This document shows positions 60,573 through 64,000 of a stretch of 64,000 nt of DNA, in pieces; position 1 is the stretch's first letter; every line of letters starts with the position of its first letter. The stretch lies in the NCBI GenBank assembly GCA_019058365.1, contig JAHPZE010000001.1:288001-352000 (forward strand), read 5' to 3'. Under the pieces are notes generated by a model. It made no database searches and was not told the origin of the DNA. It was given only the letters and a program-made list of their open reading frames with translations. Position numbers and translations under genes: made by a program. The DNA comes from Promethearchaeota archaeon (GTDB lineage Archaea > Asgardarchaeota > Lokiarchaeia > Sigyniarchaeales > SOKP01).

Positions 60573-63500
60573 TTAAACAATTTCATAATCAATTATGTCT
60601 AAACTTGGTAATAAATCAATCATTTTGCTAATTTGAAATTTACTAAAATGATTTTGATCAATAGCCCCAACTGAACATTCCACAACACAAGCTCCGCACC
60701 CCTTACAAACAGCACTAATTATATGAGCCTTTTTCATAGATATATTATACAAACCCATCTCTTTACAGATTTCAACCAATTCAATTGCATTATAGGGGCA
60801 AATCTCAGTACATTTACCGCATCCTATACATTTTTCTTCATTTACATAAGAAGTAATACATTCAGTTTCTATTTCTCCTTTAACCATTATTATTGCTGCT
60901 CTTCCAGCAGCAGCATAAGCTTGAATAATACTTTCACCAATCCATTTCGGCCAATGAGCGCCTCCACAAAGGAAAATTCCTTCTGTTGCAAAATCAATTG
61001 GTCTAAGTTTTGCATCAGCTTCTAAGAAAAAGCCATCTGTATTTGTTGATACTTTTAACATTTTTGCTAATTGTTTTGTATCATCAGTAGGAACTTTTGG
61101 AGTGGCTAATATTAATAAATCAGTATCATATTTTATATTTGTTTGAGCGCCAATATTATTATATAAGATATGGAACTTATCATTTACATCACTGATTTTG
61201 ATATCATCAATTGAACGATATCTTTCATAAGTTACTTTCTTTCGAAGACCTCGCCATAAATTTTCAGCATTTAAATCGGAGAATTGAAATTCTCTATATA
61301 AAATATGAATTTGTGCTTTAGGGTTGATATTCAATAATTTTTCAATATTCTTTAATGCTACACCACAACAGATATTTGAGCAATAAGGTTTTATATTATC
61401 TCCCCTATTAAATTCGTTTCTTCTTTGATCTACGCACAAAATTATTGTAGCATCTTTAAATACGGGGACATCTTCATCACTCAATGCAGTTAATTCAGTT
61501 TGAGTAAGCAGACGATTAGGATATTTTTCCGATAAATCTGCCCATCTATTTGTTTTTATTTGTTTAGTTCCCGTAGAAACTATTATTGTACCTACATTGA
61601 ATTTTGTATATTTTGAACTATCATTAACATTTTTAACTTTTACTTGATAATTTCCAACATAACCTTGGATATCCTCTATTTCTGAATTTAATAAAATATG
61701 AATATCAGATTTGTTTTTCAAATCAGCAATTTTCTGTAAAATTTCATTTTTCGTAATAGGTATATAATATAAATCAATAAATTCAAGAGCGATACCTCCA
61801 AGAAAAGATTTCTTCTCTACAAGATATATCTCGAATCCTTGATTTGCCAAATTATGTGCAGTAGTTATTCCTGCTATTCCACCGCCAATAATTAAAGATG
61901 ATTTTTCAACTTTTTCTTTAATGGTTTCTAATGGTTTTAAATTAATAACCTTCGCTAAGTGCATTCTTATTAAATCACATGCTTTTTTAGTAGCCTCTTT
62001 AGGTTCATTTTGATGGACCCATGAATCTTGGTTTCTTATGTTTACTAGTTCAAATAAAAATGGATTTAATCCTACTTCTCTTAGAGTATTTTTAAAAAGT
62101 TGTTCATGAGTTCGCGGGGTACAAGAAGCAACTATAAATCTATTAAGATTGTATTTTACAATTAGTTCTTTAATCCGTTCTTGTGAATCAGAACTACAAG
62201 AATACATGTTTTCTTCAACATGAACAACATATGGTAATTTAGAAACATAGTTTACTACTTCAGGAACGTTAACAATACCCCCGATATTAATACCACACCG
62301 ACAAACTAAAATACCTACACGAGGTTTATCCTCTGGTTTTACTGGTATTTCTGGAGGATATTTCACTTTTATAATATTTTGAAATCTAACAGGATACAAT
62401 TTCTCACTAATTTTAGCTGCACATGCAGAACCTTCAGCAACAGCCATTTGAATGTCATTGGGTTTTCTAGAATAGCCAGTTACGAATATATTCTTTTTTT
62501 CAAGTAAAATTATATCAGTCTCACTAATATAACCTAAATCATCACAATCCAAACTGAGTTTTTTTAATAGCTTATAATAAGAAGGAGGTGGAGATAGTGC
62601 ACTAGCCAATATAACCATATCCACTTCAAAAGTTCCAACTTTTCCTTTATCAATATCTTCAAAATATAACTTTAATTTTCCGTTATCTAAATTTTCTTTA
62701 ACATATGAAACATGCCCGTTCACATATTTGACATTATATTCATTCTTACTTTTTTCAATAAATTCGTAAAAGTTCTTACCTTTTGCTCTGATTTCTGTGT
62801 TAAAAATATAGCAGTCGATATTTGGATCATGTTCTTTGACAACTATTGCTTCTTTAGCCGAATTCATGCAACATATGGCAGAACAATATTTTTTACATTC
62901 TGGATGATGAACGTTTCTGGAGCCTACACATTGTATAAAAGCAATTGAATGAGGATGTTTTTTATCATCTAATCTTATAATTTTACCACCTGTAGGCCCA
63001 TTTGCTGATAAAAGACGCTCAAATTGCATATTGGATAAAACATTAGGGGAAGAACCCGCAAAAGAATTATAAATTTCTGGCATTTCTTGATTATATCCTG
63101 TAGCAATAACAATAGCCCCTACTTTTAAATGTATTTCTTCTGGTTTTTGTAAAAAATCTATCGCTTCTGCACTACAAGCTTTAGCACAAAGTCCACATAT
63201 TCTATAATTTAAATATAAACATTTTGATTCATCAATGAGATATATTGGGGGTACTGAAGATGGAAAAGGAATATATATCGCACTTCGAGTTTTTAAATGA
63301 GTATCAAATTCGCTAGGAATTCCTCTAACGGGACAAATTTCGCCACAATCTCCACATCCTTTACAGAGGTCTTCTTTTAAATATCTTGGCTTCTTAATAA
63401 TTGTTATTGTGTAATCACCAGCAGTTCCTCTAATGTTTTTAATGTAAGAATAAGTAAATAACTCAATATTTGGATTTCTATATATATCAACCATTTTCGG

Positions 63501-63686
63501 AGCTAAGATGCATAAGCTACAATCAAGAGTAGGATATATTTTATCTAATTGGGCCATAGTACCTCCTATTGTTGGTTTAATTTCAACTAAATATACTTTA
63601 AAACCTAATTTGGTTAGATCTAAGGATGCTTGTATCCCTGAGATTCCTCCTCCAATAACCAAAACACTACTCCATAAATTTGGCAT
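60573..63686 (-). CDS. hdrA: Large HdrA paralogue with two FAD modules (Cys form)
   Basis: GGGISG..YPTLDCSLCILAP; internal RVGILVCRCGINI; second GGGIAG; CVGSR..YCSAICC. Confidence 0.9.
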   Translation of the reverse strand: MPNLWSSVLVIGGGISGIQASLDLTKLGFKVYLVEIKPTIGGTMAQLDKIYPTLDCSLCILAPKMVDIYRNPNIELFTYSYIKNIRGTAGDYTITIIKKPRYLKEDLCKGCGDCGEICPVRGIPSEFDTHLKTRSAIYIPFPSSVPPIYLIDESKCLYLNYRICGLCAKACSAEAIDFLQKPEEIHLKVGAIVIATGYNQEMPEIYNSFAGSSPNVLSNMQFERLLSANGPTGGKIIRLDDKKHPHSIAFIQCVGSRNVHHPECKKYCSAICCMNSAKEAIVVKEHDPNIDCYIFNTEIRAKGKNFYEFIEKSKNEYNVKYVNGHVSYVKENLDNGKLKLYFEDIDKGKVGTFEVDMVILASALSPPPSYYKLLKKLSLDCDDLGYISETDIILLEKKNIFVTGYSRKPNDIQMAVAEGSACAAKISEKLYPVRFQNIIKVKYPPEIPVKPEDKPRVGILVCRCGINIGGIVNVPEVVNYVSKLPYVVHVEENMYSCSSDSQERIKELIVKYNLNRFIVASCTPRTHEQLFKNTLREVGLNPFLFELVNIRNQDSWVHQNEPKEATKKACDLIRMHLAKVINLKPLETIKEKVEKSSLIIGGGIAGITTAHNLANQGFEIYLVEKKSFLGGIALEFIDLYYIPITKNEILQKIADLKNKSDIHILLNSEIEDIQGYVGNYQVKVKNVNDSSKYTKFNVGTIIVSTGTKQIKTNRWADLSEKYPNRLLTQTELTALSDEDVPVFKDATIILCVDQRRNEFNRGDNIKPYCSNICCGVALKNIEKLLNINPKAQIHILYREFQFSDLNAENLWRGLRKKVTYERYRSIDDIKISDVNDKFHILYNNIGAQTNIKYDTDLLILATPKVPTDDTKQLAKMLKVSTNTDGFFLEADAKLRPIDFATEGIFLCGGAHWPKWIGESIIQAYAAAGRAAIIMVKGEIETECITSYVNEEKCIGCGKCTEICPYNAIELVEICKEMGLYNISMKKAHIISAVCKGCGACVVECSVGAIDQNHFSKFQISKMIDLLPSLDIIDYEIV

Positions 63687-63740
63687 TTGTCAAAGCCCCA
63701 ATAAACCTTTAACTTTAAATTCTTCTTTTTTAATAGTAAT

Positions 63741-64000
63741 TTAAAAAAGCATCAACAACTTTCCAATGAAACTTGCTAGATCAATTACTTCGATTTTATT
63801 TCTTAATTCATTATATTCTTTATTTAAAGAAAGCTCATTTATATAACAATTAAAATGTGTTAGGCATTTAGGGCACGGAACTATTAAGTAATCTGCATTA
63901 GTAGTAATAGCTTCATTAATACGATTTCTTCTTAAAATATGTGTATATTCATTGCAATTTGAAAATGCTGAAACGCCACAACAGTTAGCATCATCTTCAA
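63741..64000 (-). CDS. CCG-domain Fe-S protein (HdrD/HdrB-like), 3' end only
   Basis: EDDANCCGVSAF...ADYLIVPCPKCLTHF...EVIDLASFIGKLLMLF-stop. Confidence 0.85.
   Translation of the reverse strand, partial: EDDANCCGVSAFSNCNEYTHILRRNRINEAITTNADYLIVPCPKCLTHFNCYINELSLNKEYNELRNKIEVIDLASFIGKLLMLF

Noticed and set aside
143-63744. Many 60-160 aa ORFs antisense to or nested in long genes (e.g. 2288, 4722, 8397, 16199, 35427, 55278)
   Set aside because: Shadows of well-supported genes, with no independent motifs.
1-64000. CRISPR arrays, tRNA/rRNA genes, transposases, integrases
   Set aside because: I saw no regular repeat-spacer run, GC-rich structural RNA or mobile-element motif by eye. tRNAscan-SE and Infernal were not run.

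Overview
AT-rich archaeal DNA that most likely comes from an Asgard archaeon (Lokiarchaeia-like). This is inferred from longin-like, ubiquitin-like, PCI-like and AN1-finger proteins, an IPGY-TM-basic sorting tail and 3'-UTR SECIS-like elements. I found no rRNA, tRNA, CRISPR array or clear mobile element. The left half carries transporters (3 tandem MFS, EamA, OFA), 2 M29 aminopeptidases, a bactofilin operon, malic enzyme and small redox proteins. The right half carries Mrp, a degenerate fwdG/B/D/A cluster, 2 histidine kinases, a trehalose/maltose ABC system with treT, and a cluster of three HdrA paralogues. Three highlights: (1) a putative H2/redox-sensing operon, in which a winged-helix domain is fused to HdrA-MvhD and followed by MvhG and an MvhA with two features of bacterial sensory hydrogenases; (2) an unannotated 88-aa membrane selenoprotein candidate (GGCGUGG) followed by a SECIS-like element; (3) an HdrA with two in-frame UGA (Sec) codons and a matching SECIS-like element. 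All family calls come from motif recognition by eye; no database searches were run.
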